From NCBI GenBank assembly GCA_951406725.2, contig OX597814.1, positions 122,884,001 through 122,948,000 on the forward strand: a stretch of 64,000 bases of DNA, written 5' to 3'. The notes under the pieces were generated by a model, which made no database searches, had not been told where the DNA came from, and saw only the letters and a program-made list of their open reading frames with translations. A program made the position numbers and the translations under genes. Shown piece by piece: positions 1 to 14,732 of the stretch (position 1 is its first letter; each line of letters begins with the position of its first letter). The stretch comes from Octopus vulgaris. Lineage: Eukaryota.

Positions 1-78
1 GGAAAGTGGGGGGAGAGACAGAGTCGTACCAAGTTTAAAGAAATGTGCACATATATATAAGAGAGAGGATACGTACGC

Positions 79-488
<410 letters not shown>

Positions 489-808
489 AAGATTAAAAAT
501 TCAAAGGGAAACGGAGAATACATACAAAAGAATTCAAAATGTTTAAGCTTTTCTCTCCTCTGTCGAAAGTGAAGGAAATATCCATAGCGACAACTGGAAT
601 TTCAGACGTGTAAAGTACTAATATTGAAGAAGAAGAACCAACCATAAACACTAGTACACACAATTTTCAAGGACACATGGAAACTTTCCAGTATCGTTAA
701 ACGATACTAGTGCAAAACTGGTGTACGCTTGGATAATATATGCCTAAGAAAGAACTTATTTCTATACCGACTTATATATACATATATATATATATATATG
801 TAGATATA

Positions 809-841
<33 letters not shown>

Positions 842-1339
842 GTAGATATATATATATATACACACATATATATATATATATATACACTTATATGCGCATG
901 TATGTGTGTATGTATCTGCATATGTATATATATATATATATACATATGCAGATACATACACACATACATGCGCATATAAGTGTACAAAAGTATTTTGTTT
1001 TCAAAGAACTTTATCTGAAAATGATATTGATTGATTGAGGGGACAATAGCTAAAATTCCATCAGCTACAGACAGCATCAAGCCGCTAGAGGAACCATCAG
1101 TCTCTATGACGTCATCATACCAATACAGATATGACCACACCACTACAAATACGACCACACAACTTGAAACACCACCATACCACCGCACAAATATTATCAA
1201 ATTACTACAGAATACCACCATGTCACTACGCAATTACGGTATCATTCAACAGCCGCACACCGTTCTTTTTAAGGACATCTACGACTGAATCATCTAATGT
1301 ATTTTTATCATTATTATTCAAGACTGTATGAAGACAGAA

Positions 1340-1433
1340 TCGTTAGCGCATCCGATCAAATGCTTAGTGATATCTCTTCCGTCTCTTTACGTTCTAACTT
1401 CAAAATCCGCCAAGGACAACGTTGCCTTTCATC
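1340..1433 (+). mobile_element. Degraded fragment of SINE group B (tRNA head + 'GCCTTTCATC' core)
   Basis: cgttagcgca...aaatgcttag...ttacgttctaacttcaaaatccgcc...gcctttcatc resembles the head of the copies at 16082 and 63474. Confidence 0.6.
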
Positions 1434-1850
1434 AAAGTGTATGATAATAGCCTTTTGATTTTTACCCTGATTATTGATTCACTCTTATGTTAACAGATTC
1501 CATTCAGGGAATCTAGAATTATCTGATTACTTGAAGGTAAAATACAAAAGTCAAGATCAGTGATCAATTAGGTGGGATTTTGCTTTTATTTTGTGGGGAG
1601 GTGTTTGATTTTTTTTTTTTTTTTTTGAAGAAATAAATGTAGGAATTTCATTGCCAACAATTTTATTTTATTTTATTTTATTCCATACTCGAAACAGTAC
1701 TCCATCTTCGTTCATCAATTTCTGGTATATGCATGTGTTATGTACGGAATCTATCTATGTGTGATTGAGTATGAATGTGTGTATGTGTTCATTTTCTCTT
1801 TTTAAATTAGATTTAGTTTCGACCGGTCATCAGCTTGGTGGCAAGGTTAT

Positions 1851-1851
1851 G

Positions 1852-1918
<67 letters not shown>
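1851..1918. repeat. (AAT)n microsatellite
   Basis: Direct trinucleotide run. Confidence 0.95.
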
Positions 1919-1920
<2 letters not shown>

Positions 1921-2474
1921 GCCCTGATGCAGTACCAGGAAGTGGCTCTCATGGCTTCTGATCTTAACTGATTGGAAGTGTTATCATGTACATTGTTTTG
2001 TCTTGGTATAAAAGATGGGCTACAGCAAATATTCTGCTCAATACCACAGATTTGCTTGTCAGTTGTTTGACCTTAACCAGTTGAGCATGTCCCTTAGTGG
2101 CTGACGATATGTGCATCTCTGATTACGAGCAGAAGTAGTGGGGGAGCATCATAGCCATGTGTTGAGAGGGATTCTTTGGGGTTTGAATAGTTCACCTCTG
2201 GAAACATGGGTGGTTCTTTCAACATCCTTAAACAACCCTTATTCAGGGACCTTTTGAGCGGGATGGGCTACTCAACCTGAAGAAAATTCTAACTGGGCCC
2301 CACCTGCAAGGTCATGTGCTGTTTATCTTGATATGAGATCACCATGTCGCGCACATATGGTTGTGATGCATGTGCCTGGTGTACCCTTATCAGACGGGTA
2401 GTCATGATGGGTATATTGGGCTTCGTATATTTTACCCCAGTGTCACGTTGATGGCATGCACTGCTCTCTCACTC
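1919..2474. mobile_element. Unclassified ~555 bp element embedded in (TAA)n
   Basis: Balanced-GC block with sharp edges and (AAT)n arrays on both sides; no recognisable ORF. Confidence 0.45.
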
Positions 2475-2554
<80 letters not shown>

Positions 2555-2568
2555 TGATGATGATGATG

Positions 2569-2608
<40 letters not shown>

Positions 2609-2633
2609 TAATAATAACAACAACAACAACAAC

Positions 2634-2675
<42 letters not shown>

Positions 2676-2712
2676 TACAATAACAATAACAATAACAATG
2701 ACAATAATAATA
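2475..2712. repeat. (AAT)n/(GAT)n/(AAC)n compound microsatellite
   Basis: Direct trinucleotide runs. Confidence 0.95.
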
Positions 2713-3597
2713 AAGGGCCATGAAGAAGAATTACGCAAGAAAGGACTACAAAATCAACTCCATGCAGCCTCAACAGAATCTGCCGGAAAAAATAGGTGAT
2801 ATTGACTGATTAAAGGAGCACTAAAAAAAGAGACCGAGAGCACTATGCTGGCAGCGCAAGACCAAGATTTGGCCATGAACTGGGGGTGGGGTCAACCTAA
2901 GGAATGAGCAAGTGTCTCCGCTGTGATGCATCTGCAATAGAGTGCATGAAACCATTGCCCATATCACGAACGAATGCCCAAGACTTGCCCAAAACCACTA
3001 CAAGTTGTGGCGACGCGATCAGGTAGTGAAAGTACTGTATTGGAAACTGAGCAAAAAGTGGGGCTAGAGTAAGGGAAGACGTGGTATGAGCACAAACCGC
3101 AGAGAGTGACGACGTCGGAAACTAGCAAAATCCTCCGGGATTTCCCAATCCAAGCAGATCAGGTCCTAGAGCATAACGGACCTGGCCTAGTGGTGGTGGT
3201 CAAGGTGCACGACATATGTTATATAGTTGTTGCATACCGCTTTCACCACGAATAGTCAAGAAGGAAGGCGAAAAGATAGTTAAATACAACCCTCTTAAGT
3301 ACGAAATAACGCGGCTATGGCAAATGAAGAAGCTGAAGATAGTGTGCGTGCCAATTATTGCTGGGTCCTTGGGAACACTATTAGAAGGTATCAAGGGAAA
3401 TATACAGGAAATTGGAATAGAGTACCCAGTAGAACTGTTACAGAAGGTTTGCCTCCTTGGCATGGCCAGAATAATCAGGAAAGTATTAGATAGCTGAAAA
3501 TAACGGATAGCATGGTACCATAGGCTGCAGGGAGCAAACCCGCTACGCATGCAAGACTCCGGGAGCTCCAATAAAACCTGTGATAAAGAGAATTAAT
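2713..3597 (+). mobile_element. R4/Dong-like non-LTR retrotransposon, 5'-truncated 3' end (zinc knuckle + RLE), degraded
   Basis: Frameshifted translation gives ETIAHITNECP, WYEHKP, DFPIQAD..LEHN, then KEGEKIVKYNPLKYEITRLW..VPIIAGSLG..LLQKVCLLGMARIIRKVL*, typical of R4-clade restriction-like endonuclease; starts in (TAA)n and ends at taataat. Confidence 0.85.
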
Positions 3598-6362
3598 AAT
3601 GATAGGTACAAATCTAAAACTGTATATTGAGTACTGAATTTGCAAATTTCTTATCATTGGTCCATAGAAGTGTTATTTCTCCCTTATTTTTCTGACCACG
3701 TCAGTGTTCATCGGGTGGCCGACTTCCACAACACAGCATTTTATACTACAGTTACACATGTATGTATATCAGGTCTGTTGTGCTTATATTTTATTGAGGT
3801 CTTCACTGGTACATTCTACCAGTATTTTTTTTTTATTATGAGTGGCTATGGCTTCTACCATATTGTGAGTTCATAGTATCCTATCTGCGTCATGTCTCAT
3901 CGGTAGATAATACTGTGATGACATTTTTAGACAACTGCTTATGATATGCGTGATATCTTCAGTGTAAAGCTATCACGCCTTTGCTGCATTTCTATCCCTT
4001 TTGTGCATCAGGTATTTGGTTGATATTTCCTGTTCCTGGATTGCAAACGCATACCCTTCAAAGTGGGAGGTAGTAATCTGGCTATTGGTCCATGATAAAC
4101 TGCTTTGATGATCGATGTTACCATCATCACGGAGCTTTCTACTAACATATCCATGCCTAGTCTTCTGCTCATACAGGCTCATCCGTTCATCTGGTGATAT
4201 GTTGCGGTAGAGTCGTGCAACTTCTTTGAGCATGTATTCTAGGTTATCAGACAATGAGTGTTGCTCAAAGAGCTGCCTTCTAAGTCTTATGATGTTATCA
4301 ACCTCATGTATGCAGACTTGGTCAAGGGATCTACTTCGACACTTGGTGGTTAAAAGATGTTGCCGGGGGGGATATGATGCGATATTCAAAAGCATTTTAG
4401 ATCGATGTTAAGCCTCTACCGCCTTGTTTTCGTTTTAGGTAGAGGCGGTGTACACCACTGTTTATGCGGAAATTATGTGTGCTTGTTAGTATTTTTCGGT
4501 TTTTCACATCAATGGCTCGGATCTCATCAAGCGTCCAATCAAGCATCCCTAATGTTGGTATAGGTACTGGCACTGAAAACACATTGTTGGTCACTGTTTT
4601 ATTGAATGCAGGGAGTTCTAAGGTCCAAATTTTATTTATTCAACTGTTATATTCTTTAGTGATAGTGTTTTGTTACAGGCACCATTATAAGATATATTTT
4701 CATCCACCCCTAGATACCTGTAATATTCTTCGTCAGATACAGGGCAAACAGTCAAATGATTGATGGAGATGTTGCTAGTTTGGTTTATAGTCTTCCCCCT
4801 TTTCACAATCATATAACATTTATCTTGACCAAACTCCAACCCTACATCCTTTGAAAATGTTGTAATTAGGTCAAGGCTCTTTTTCATCTCATGCATATTC
4901 TTCGCATAAAGATTTAAGTCATCCACAAAGAAACAGTGTGTAATTTTAGTATTTCTGTTACCTTGTGAACCAGTGAGATACCTTCAGACCGCCTTAACAA
5001 AGGGTTTACAGAAAGTATACACAACATCACAGAGAGGCTGTCTTCTTGGAATATGCCTTTGCGATATTGTATTCTATCGGTGATAATACAGTCACTCTTT
5101 GCGTTTAATTTCAAGATGGTGGCCCACGATGAAGTCAGGTCAGGTATGGCTTTGACTATTCTCACTAGAACTTTAGCAAACTGAAGGGCTTCTAGCATCC
5201 ATGAGTGAGGAACAGATTCAAAGGCCTTCTTGCAGTCTAGCCACATTGAAACTAGGTTGTTCCTATGCTCTCGCACCTCAGACAACACAGTTTTGTAGAT
5301 TAACAATTGCTCGGTACATCCTTCTTCCCAGCCGCTTGTTTTGCTGTGATAATGTTATTGGTTTAACAATGGTCGTAGAGAAAGAGGTTTAAACACTCTG
5401 TATATATTTTGTACATTAAGTTCTGGCATGCAATTAGCCGGTAGCTTTTTTGCCATGTGGGTGGTTCTGCATTTGGGGATCAATTTTGTCTCTGCCAGAG
5501 CTAGCCGGTGTGGTATGCTACTGTTCCCAATGAAAGCTTGCCGGTACAGATTGATAAGATATGGTCGGTAGAATGTTTGCTTCTTGTACCAATATCCAAC
5601 AATCAAGTCTCTTCTAGGAGCTTTTCCATTTTGGAGTTTCTGGATCAGAGTTTGCAGGAGTTTCACCATCAATGTTGTATGTCTTGGATGTAACGCAGAA
5701 GTAATAACTTTTTCGGGTTTCTTCCAGCCACAGAGCATCTTGGTTAAATTCCTCCTCTTCACTCCAGATTTTCCTCCAGAAGGAGTCTATGTCTTCTTGT
5801 GAAGAAGCTTCCATAATGTTTACTACTCCTCCTCTCATGTCTCTATCTTCTGATGTCGAAGTTTTTCACTGACAGCTTTTAGCTCCTGCTCGAGGGTAAT
5901 CAGTTTGAAAGTGAGTGTCTTCTTTTTGATGTCTCCAAACATCACATCTATCTCCTTCTTCACTTTCTGTTGGTGGGACGTATAATGATTTGCTTGTTTG
6001 CATGCAATAAGCATCATTACATGACTGATGGTCTTCCGTAAGACAGATATCTTTTTCTCTGTCTTCAAAACCCATGATGTTACTTTCCTTATTTCGGTTT
6101 TGCTTACTTTTTGAATATCATTCATGTACTGTTTTACAGGTGTAGCCAGCGCATATAGACAGGCGTTAATCTGCCAGTATGTGAGTTCATCATACTGTTG
6201 TAAATATTCATCACCAATTTCGTTAACAGCTTTTATTACCGTATCTGGTGGTATTTATACTTACTTTGCTAGAGAATACTTTCTCCTCGACAAAGTCCTT
6301 CAAAGCCAAAGTTCTTTTTCTCGGGAAATTTCAGTAAGGGTACATTTCACCGGCATATAATA
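3598..6362 (-). mobile_element. R4-clade non-LTR retrotransposon, degraded (RT + zinc knuckle + partial RLE)
   Basis: Consecutive minus-strand ORF pieces: WLDCKKAFESVPHSWMLEAL, KGIFQEDSLS, (F)VDDLNLYAK, FGQDKC, YRYLGV, RLYLKRKQGGRGL, FAIQEQEISTK, ending FRFVPIII; many frameshifts. Confidence 0.9.
4636..5306 (-). pseudogene. Reverse transcriptase core of the R4-like element (disrupted)
   Basis: RT motifs D..KAF.SV.H, GIFQ.D.LS and xDD split across ORFs 4914-5306 and 4636-4926. Confidence 0.88.
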
Positions 6363-6385
6363 TTGACTACCACTACTACTACAAT

Positions 6386-6417
<32 letters not shown>

Positions 6418-6423
6418 TGTATG

Positions 6424-6454
<31 letters not shown>

Positions 6455-7096
6455 GCGTATGAGTGAATGTCTGCGTTAAATCTACCAACCACTGTTATGT
6501 TCAGATCGTTACATACACACTTTCGTTTGTTCAGCCATCAAAGTTAAGACTATACTGGAACATCATTTTCAAAATAATATCAGTCATTATAAGTTTCTTA
6601 AGACATTGTATCGTGCGACACAATGCATTTTGTCTGCCTTAAAAAAATCTTAGCTATAAGGTGTTTTGCCTATTGTGTGGTGACACGCCAGAAAAGTTAA
6701 ACAATAACATAATTACTGTTAAATGTAAAAGAAATTTCGTGCCAAAAGTCTATAAAAGTCAACACATGAAAGAGGTTTTGTTTTGCTTTGTTTTTTTTTT
6801 AAAGAGCCGAAGATAAAATGATATATAATTTCATCTCGTTAATATAAACTAAATTCAAAAACCTTTGGCAAAGAAAGATGTCGAACAAGCTCTTCAAATG
6901 TGTTGTGATTGGCGAAATAGTGAGTTAGAGGTATTGTCTGTATTTATGTTATATGCCTGATGACATGACGGTCTCACATTGGAAGAGTTACTTTGCGAGA
7001 TGGGGGTATCGAGACCGGAAGCAAATAAGACGAATCGTTCTGTACATTGTTAAAACTGAAAGGTGCAGTGAGAGAAGCGAGATGAAGAGAGAAGCA

Positions 7097-7207
<111 letters not shown>

Positions 7208-7208
7208 T

Positions 7209-8528
7209 ATTTCTTTATTGGCCACACAGGGCTGAACACAAAGGAGACAAAATACAAAATAGGGCTTTTCTTTTTGGGAAGGAAAAAAAAGGGTGGGGTA
7301 GAATTTCGATCAGAAAGGATCGTGGAACAAAATGGGTGGAATCCGATCAATAGGGATCGTGTATCACAGAAATGTCATGGTGTAAAATGGGAAACAGATT
7401 AGGTTTCTCTGTGGAAAGAAAAGCCTACAGAAAAGACCACGGTAACCTCAGGCAATAATGTCATGCAAAAAACATATTATAGTAAGTGACTCTCTTTTTT
7501 TTTTTTTTTTTTCTTGTTCATAGGATCATGCTCAAGGTGGCTCCGTCATTCCCTCGTGCCATCCTTGCTACATTCACTCATATTTTTTTGAAACATTAAC
7601 TAAACAAAACTTCCATATCTGCTCTCACCTTCCCCTTCAAGCGATACTTGAAGAAGTTGATGAGAGATTCACCTGAGAGGAAAGTGTTTGTCTCTAGAAC
7701 TTTCAGACACATCCACCATACACATTCTTTCACCATAGCCACAAGCACGATGAAAATGGCTCTTCCTTCCCATTTCAGGGAAGCGCGACAATATTCATGA
7801 TAGACTCAGTTGATAAACTGACTCATCCCATACTCGATAGCAGTCGTTCGACATAAGCTCACAGGTCGGAAATGGTTGAACACTGTTCGAGTGCGTGCAG
7901 AACGGTTTTGTCGCTCTGAACGCATCTCGGGTAGGTCGGCCCCGTGTTTCTCGAGCCATGCTTATAGAGCTTATCCCGAACGGGTGGCGCTTCTCGAGAG
8001 CACTGCCAGGCCAGGGATTTCTGGAAGTTGTCCATAGGTCCCGTCCCGAAATTCGTCTTGAACAGGCGGGTCAGGTATTCCTCATCGACGCCCAGGTTCA
8101 CTCCGAGATCTTTGTCGTATCTCGCCCCCACTAATCCCCAATAGAATGCTTTGGTTGTGTTGCAGTCGCCGAAGGTCGACCCGGGACGGCAGACTTGGTC
8201 GAGAGCAGCGCGACACACGCGGTGCCATTCGTCCTTTTTCGGCCTCATTTTGATCCACAACTGCAGTTTGGTCATGGAGACGAGTTGTGGGAAAGTGCTT
8301 CTGACAAACGGCGACCACATCTATTCGCCGTCGTCTATGTAGAGCCGGAGATGTCGCAGTCTCAGCGCGTGTCTGCGCATCATCAGCCACGGCATGTCCA
8401 GCCCTCCTTTTAACGGGTATTGGCAGCAAACGGATCACCTGACCATTGGAAATCATCCTTTCCACAAAAAGCGGAAGAGAATGCGTTCTAGGTTGGTGAT
8501 GGTCGGGTCGGGACAAGGCACGACGGTC
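7209..8528 (-). mobile_element. Tx1/L1-clade LINE, 5'-truncated (ORF2 C-terminus + 3' UTR)
   Basis: ORF 7859-8320 reads TTKAFYWGL...LAWQCSREAPPVRDKL..PT(Y)PRCVQSDKTVLHALEQC, an L1/Tx1-type C-terminal CCHC remnant. Minus-strand 3' UTR ends gccctgtgtggccAATAAAgaaat followed by (ATCT)n. Confidence 0.78.
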
Positions 8529-9100
<572 letters not shown>

Positions 9101-9108
9101 TTTTCTTA

Positions 9109-9203
<95 letters not shown>

Positions 9204-9816
9204 CGTATGTAATGCATGCATGTATGTATGTATGTATGCATTTACGTATGTATGCATGTATGTATGTATGTATGTATGCATGCATGCATAACCATACGAC
9301 ATTCTCGACGGTAATCGTCATCTCAATTTATCTGTCTAACACTAATAGTGAAAATAGCTTCTCACCTCCTTTCCCGCCTAACCGTGTATAGCCGGCCGCC
9401 ATATCATAGTCATTTGTTTGTTTTGTAATGAATGTTTTACCCCCTCACAGTAACCCTACTAGTAATTCGAAGAGAGAAAAGATATTTCATAGCTCTCATT
9501 CATCAAATATATTTCCTCCGGGGTTTTTATACTGTTTACGTTTCCCAGATATTTACAAGTCTATTTAGATTTCGATGAAAACAAAACTGTAATAAGATAG
9601 AGGATAGGGCGGAGGCTGAAGGGGAGTTATAAACTTGATTGAGAAAAGAAAGGCAGACAGACATACAGCGATCAGCGTAGAGTCGGGTACGGAGAGAGAG
9701 AGACGTTCAGTGTGTGTGTATGTGTTTGTGTGTGTGTGTGCGTGTGTGCGTGTGCGTGTGAGTGTGCTTGTGTCTGCGCGTATATATATAAAAATATGTG
9801 AGTGTATCTGTGTGAG

Positions 9817-9885
<69 letters not shown>

Positions 9886-10027
9886 GTATGTATGTATATA
9901 TATATATGTGTGTATATATATATATATGAACGTATGTGTGTGCGTGTGTGTGCACGCGTGTGTGTGCACGCGTGTGTGTGAGTGTGTCTGCGGGTATACA
10001 TATAAAAATATGCGTATATGTGTGTTA

Positions 10028-10067
<40 letters not shown>

Positions 10068-10100
10068 GAGCGTATCTATATATCGATGTTTGCCTCTCTC

Positions 10101-10163
<63 letters not shown>

Positions 10164-11269
10164 CTCTGTTTTATAGGAAATAAAGATTGATTGATTGATT
10201 CTGAAGACAAATTAAATATGTCAGCTCCTTTCTAAATTTAATCGGAATGGCGAACCGAAAGTAAGCAGACAGCGGTGGCAGGACGAACGGTAGGAGATGA
10301 AACTTGTGTGACACATAGGTGGAGCTGCAGTATTTAATTACATATTGCTTCTCCTATTACTTTCATTACCAAGGAACTTGTTCCGGTGGGGGAAAGTTAA
10401 CTTTCAACAGTTAAAAACATTTTCGTGTCATTTTACTAAAGAACAACACCGAAAATCTTATGGATTGCTCTAAGATAAAACCGTACTTAATGTTTTTAAT
10501 AAGCGTTTCATTGGCGCCGACTAAATTTTATTTAAGAAATGTTTGGTTTTCTTATTCGGTTTTGTTTCGGTTGTTTTCCTGTTATTTGTGTCTTTCATTT
10601 TTTCAGATATTTTATTATTCAACGGGAATATATTTCTGTCTTATTTTTCCTTTGTCCTTTTTTTTTTCATCTCTCTGATTGTTTATTTTTCTATGATGCC
10701 GGAATAACTGCCACGCTGATGTTTTGATGGTGCTCTCATTGCCGAATTCAGTGTACTTATACTGCGGTGCTTTTCAAGTAATTTTAAGCATGCCCTATCT
10801 ATCATTCCTAGAGTGTAAATTATGTTAATTTATTCCAAAGACAACCATAGAAACCATTTATAAACGACCAATTGAGAGGGAGATGATGAGAAAACTCCGC
10901 CTAAAATGTTCTCCGAATGGGCGTAGTTCACAAACTCGTAAAAAATAATATTTTTCAATCCGTTGCTAAGGATATCATTCATTCCATTAATGGATCAAAC
11001 AGCTAATTTGAGAGAGTAAACATTTATCTGAATGTATATATTTGTGTGTGTGTGAGAGAGAGTGTGTGCGTGTGAGTGTGTGTGCGTGCGTGTGTATGTG
11101 TGTGTGTATTTGCATTCCTTTATATATGGGAAAACACCGGTTGGAGAACAGAAGTTACGGTGTCCTACCTTCTACATCAATAGAATACCATTGTGTGTGG
11201 AGTAGCTTAGCTTATCAATATATATGTCTGTGTGTGCATATATGTACACACACACACATACACACACAT

Positions 11270-11341
<72 letters not shown>

Positions 11342-12029
11342 CATTGCATGTATGTTCAGATTTGTAAGCATAAATACATACACACAGACAGACATACATA
11401 TATCTACATGTGAGAGTGTTGTATGCATATGTATTAGTCTATATATTTCTATGTGTGTGTGAATATATGACTGTATGTGTATGTTTGTATACTTATATAC
11501 ATATATGTGTATGTATTTATGTATTATGTTTGTATGTCTGTGTGTATGTATGTATGTATGTATGTATGTATGTATGTATGTATGTATGTATGTATGTATG
11601 TATGTATGCATGCATATACACAAGCTTATGTAATATAGACATACATATTTGATGTATTTGTATTTGTGTGGAGATTGATTGATGGAGGGAGATAAATCCA
11701 AAAATTTATAGACAGACAGACAGACAGACTGAAAGACAGATAGATAGAGAGAGAGAGAGATACATACACAATTACAGCAACATTTATAAATATATGCGTA
11801 TGTATACATATATAGTGATACCCATATGTTTATCATTTATGTAAATAGTCTTGCTCAGTGGTAAAACTTAATGGCTGTCAGTCAGGTCATACCGATAAAT
11901 TTCTTCTTTCACATGGTAAGCATCGACTCACTATCGAAAATTTCTGTCGTATGCGCTTCCTTCTTTCCCTTTTATATCTAGCACCACTTTGTCATGAGCT
12001 CTAATGATGAATAAAGTACATACCAATGT

Positions 12030-12505
12030 AAAGGGTAAAGGGTAAAGAGTGAAGACCCCCTTCGGTTATGAATGACCATAGGATTGCACCTAGAAAGCTC
12101 CCCTCCGAGGTATAAGTCCGGACAACGTTGTTTATCGAAGACCAGCAGTCACCCATGCTTACCAGCCTCTTCTCCCGCACGCTACCAATGTTATCTAGGA
12201 GAAAATCAAAAGCTCTCCTCCGAGGTATAAGTCCGGACAACGTTGTTTATCGAAGACCAGCAGTCACCCATGCTTACCAGCCTCTTCTCCCGCACGCTAC
12301 CAATGTTATCAAGGAGAAAATTAAAAAAACACCGGTACAGCTTGGCACCTGTGAAGTCGCAACTCATTTATACAGCTGAGTGAACTGGAGCAACCTGAAA
12401 TAAAGTATTTTGCTCAAGAACACAACACACAGCCCGATCCAGGAATCGAATTCAGTACTTCGTGGTTCAGAGCCCGACGGTCTAACCACTGAGTCATGCG
12501 CCTTC
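12030..12505 (-). mobile_element. tRNA/CORE-like SINE with (TTTACCC)n tail and internal ~118 bp duplication
   Basis: Minus strand has A box tgactcagtggttaga, B box ttcgattcc, gtgttcttgagcaaaata core; 12096-12200 is duplicated at ~12214-12320; tail tttaccctttaccc. Confidence 0.75.
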
Positions 12506-12579
12506 ACTGTCACACCCATGTGGAAAGACGGGCGATAAAAACATACATGCATACATGCATACAGAGATGATAATAACAT

Positions 12580-13420
12580 TGATCACCAAAGCAGTCTATC
12601 ATGGACCAACGACCAGATTACAACCTTTCTCTCTACAATCCAGGAACAGGAAATATCAGCCAAATACCTGATGCACAAAAGGGAGAGACGTGTAAGAAGA
12701 GCAGTAAAATGTGACAACCGATGCAGACTTTGTGGAGTTAACACCGAGGATATTACCCACATCATAAGCATTTGTCCGAAAAAGGCATCACAGTATATCT
12801 GCTGATGCGACATGACGTTGTAGGTAGGACGCTGTATAATGAGGTCCGTCGAAAGGATAACTCCGAGGACAAAGAAATAAGAACCCACTGTATGGTAGAA
12901 GCCATAGCCACTCATAATAAAAAGGAGTACTGGTGGAATGTCCCAGTGAAGACCTCAATAAAATGTAAACACAGTAGACCTGATATAGTGATTTGTGATA
13001 GAGAAGAGAAACTGTGCATAGTCGTGGAAAGTAGTTGCCCAGCGGATATTAACATAAAGCTCAAGATCAGTGAAAAGGAGAAAACCTACGCTGAATTATT
13101 GAGAGATGTGTAGTTTCTCTATCCAGATTACAAGTTCAGGTTTATACCTGTAATTATCGGGACACTGCCATATGTAATACACTGCCTAAATACCAATCTT
13201 GAAAAATTAGGCTTCTCAAAACCAGAAGGGAGAAAGCTAATTCGAAAACTACAAATCCAAGCCGTCACTGGAATGGTAAAACCTGTAAAACTTTCCAGAA
13301 GCTTATCATTTAAGTATATAGAAGCATGTCTAGTTATGCTAGTATATGAACGAGAATACAAGAATACATACATGATACTAAGCATACAAATCTGCACATA
13401 TGCATAAATACCCTGTTACT
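12580..13420 (+). mobile_element. R4-clade LINE 3' fragment (same family as 3598-6362)
   Basis: DHQSSLSWTN..IQEQEISAKYLMHKR..CDNRCRLCGVNTEDITHIISICP..RHDVVGRTLY..RPDIVICD..VESSCPAD..EKEKTYAEL..FIPVIIG; 3' UTR appears to resume at ~13768-13873. Confidence 0.9.
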
Positions 13421-13560
13421 ATATTATTTACATTCGACGGATATTTGTCCTGATCCTGTTTATTGTTAACACAACGTTTCGGCTGATATACGCCCCAGCC
13501 TTCTCCAGGTGTCTTTGTGAAATTTCGAACCTGAGTTCTCATTCCTAAGGTATTTTTCGA

Positions 13561-13597
<37 letters not shown>

Positions 13598-13767
13598 CAG
13601 GTCACTGCTTGGAATCAAACTGGGAATTTCCCCAAGACACCTGAAGAAGGCCGGAGAGTATATCAGTTGAAATGTGTTAACAACAAAGAAGATGAGGACA
13701 AATATTCGTCGAATATAAATAATGTAAAAAATGTACATAATTCCTCATCTCTTAAATATAGAACTGT
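13421..13767. mobile_element. PLE-like inverted-repeat insertion with two hammerhead motifs and central (TTG)n
   Basis: ~13423-13526 is the reverse complement of ~13624-13723; flanks aataccctgttac / aatatcctgttgc look like a target-site duplication in the R4 3' UTR. Confidence 0.7.
13468..13513 (-). ncRNA. Minimal type I hammerhead ribozyme motif (A6G lesion)
   Basis: gacac-CTGGAGA-a-ggctg[gggcgtatat]cagcc-GAAA-CG-TT-gtgtt; the plus-strand twin at 13636-13678 keeps CTGAAGA but is damaged in stems II and III. Confidence 0.65.
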
Positions 13768-13885
13768 AATATCCTGTTGCCGATATTGAAATTCCAGTGA
13801 AGTAGCCTTGAATTTAGGTGAGAAACCGGCCCTTTCTCTATTGGCAAGAAATCTTGTAATAGAACTGAACAATTACATACATACA

Positions 13886-14610
13886 TATCCGGATTACAAA
13901 TTTACATTTATACCAATAATAATTGACGCATTTGGTTTTGTAAGTAAATGGCTAACAGTCAGACTGGATAAGTTTAGATTTTCAGAAAAAGAAATCAATC
14001 GATTCGCACATTACAAATACAATCTGTAAGCGGAAGAGTAAAAATATGCAAGACTTTTCTTAGATTTAAAATGCGACATTATTTTGTTATCTATATTCCA
14101 AAGATGGAGTGTTGTATCTTTGTTACAAACCAGCTCCTTTAGAGGAAGAATTTAAATGATTATATACAGATATGTAACACACTGCCTAAATACCAGTCTT
14201 GAGAAATTAGGCTTCTCAAAATCAGAAAGGAGAAAGCTAATTCGAAGGCTACAGATCCAATCTATATCTGGAACTGTAAAAATCTATAAAACTTTTCCAA
14301 AAATCAAAGAGAAACGTGGTTAACTACAGACAACGACTTCGAAGCATTCACCTTGTGTATCCAGATTATAAATTCGTATTTATACAAATAATATTTTTTG
14401 CTCTTGGTTTTGTTATCTATTGTTTTCAGAAAAAAGAAATCTAGAAACTAACATGCATATTATGAATGCAACCAGTAAGTGGAACAGTAAATATATTCAA
14501 GACTTTTTCAAGTTCAAAATGTTAACTTGTTTTGTTATCTGCATTCCAACGATGGAGCTTTGTATCTTTGTTAGATACTAGCTCTTTTTTACAGGAATAC
14601 TTTAAATAAT
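13886..14610 (+). mobile_element. Three further short R4-like 3'-end fragments
   Basis: Repeats of YPDYKF.FI.II..GFV / LEKLGFSK.E..LI..LQIQS..GTVKI.KTF at ~13886-14075, ~14170-14298 and ~14357-14523; two share a similar 3' UTR. Confidence 0.72.
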
Positions 14611-14634
14611 TGCAAATAAAAGAGAACATACATA

Positions 14635-14732
<98 letters not shown>

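Noticed and set aside
1031-1288. Thr-rich 85 aa ORF
   Set aside because: Arises from degenerate CAC/TAC repeats; no recognisable homology.
12030-12047. aaagggtaaagggtaaag as a telomeric repeat
   Set aside because: 7-mer SINE tail repeat, not TTAGGG, and only about two units.
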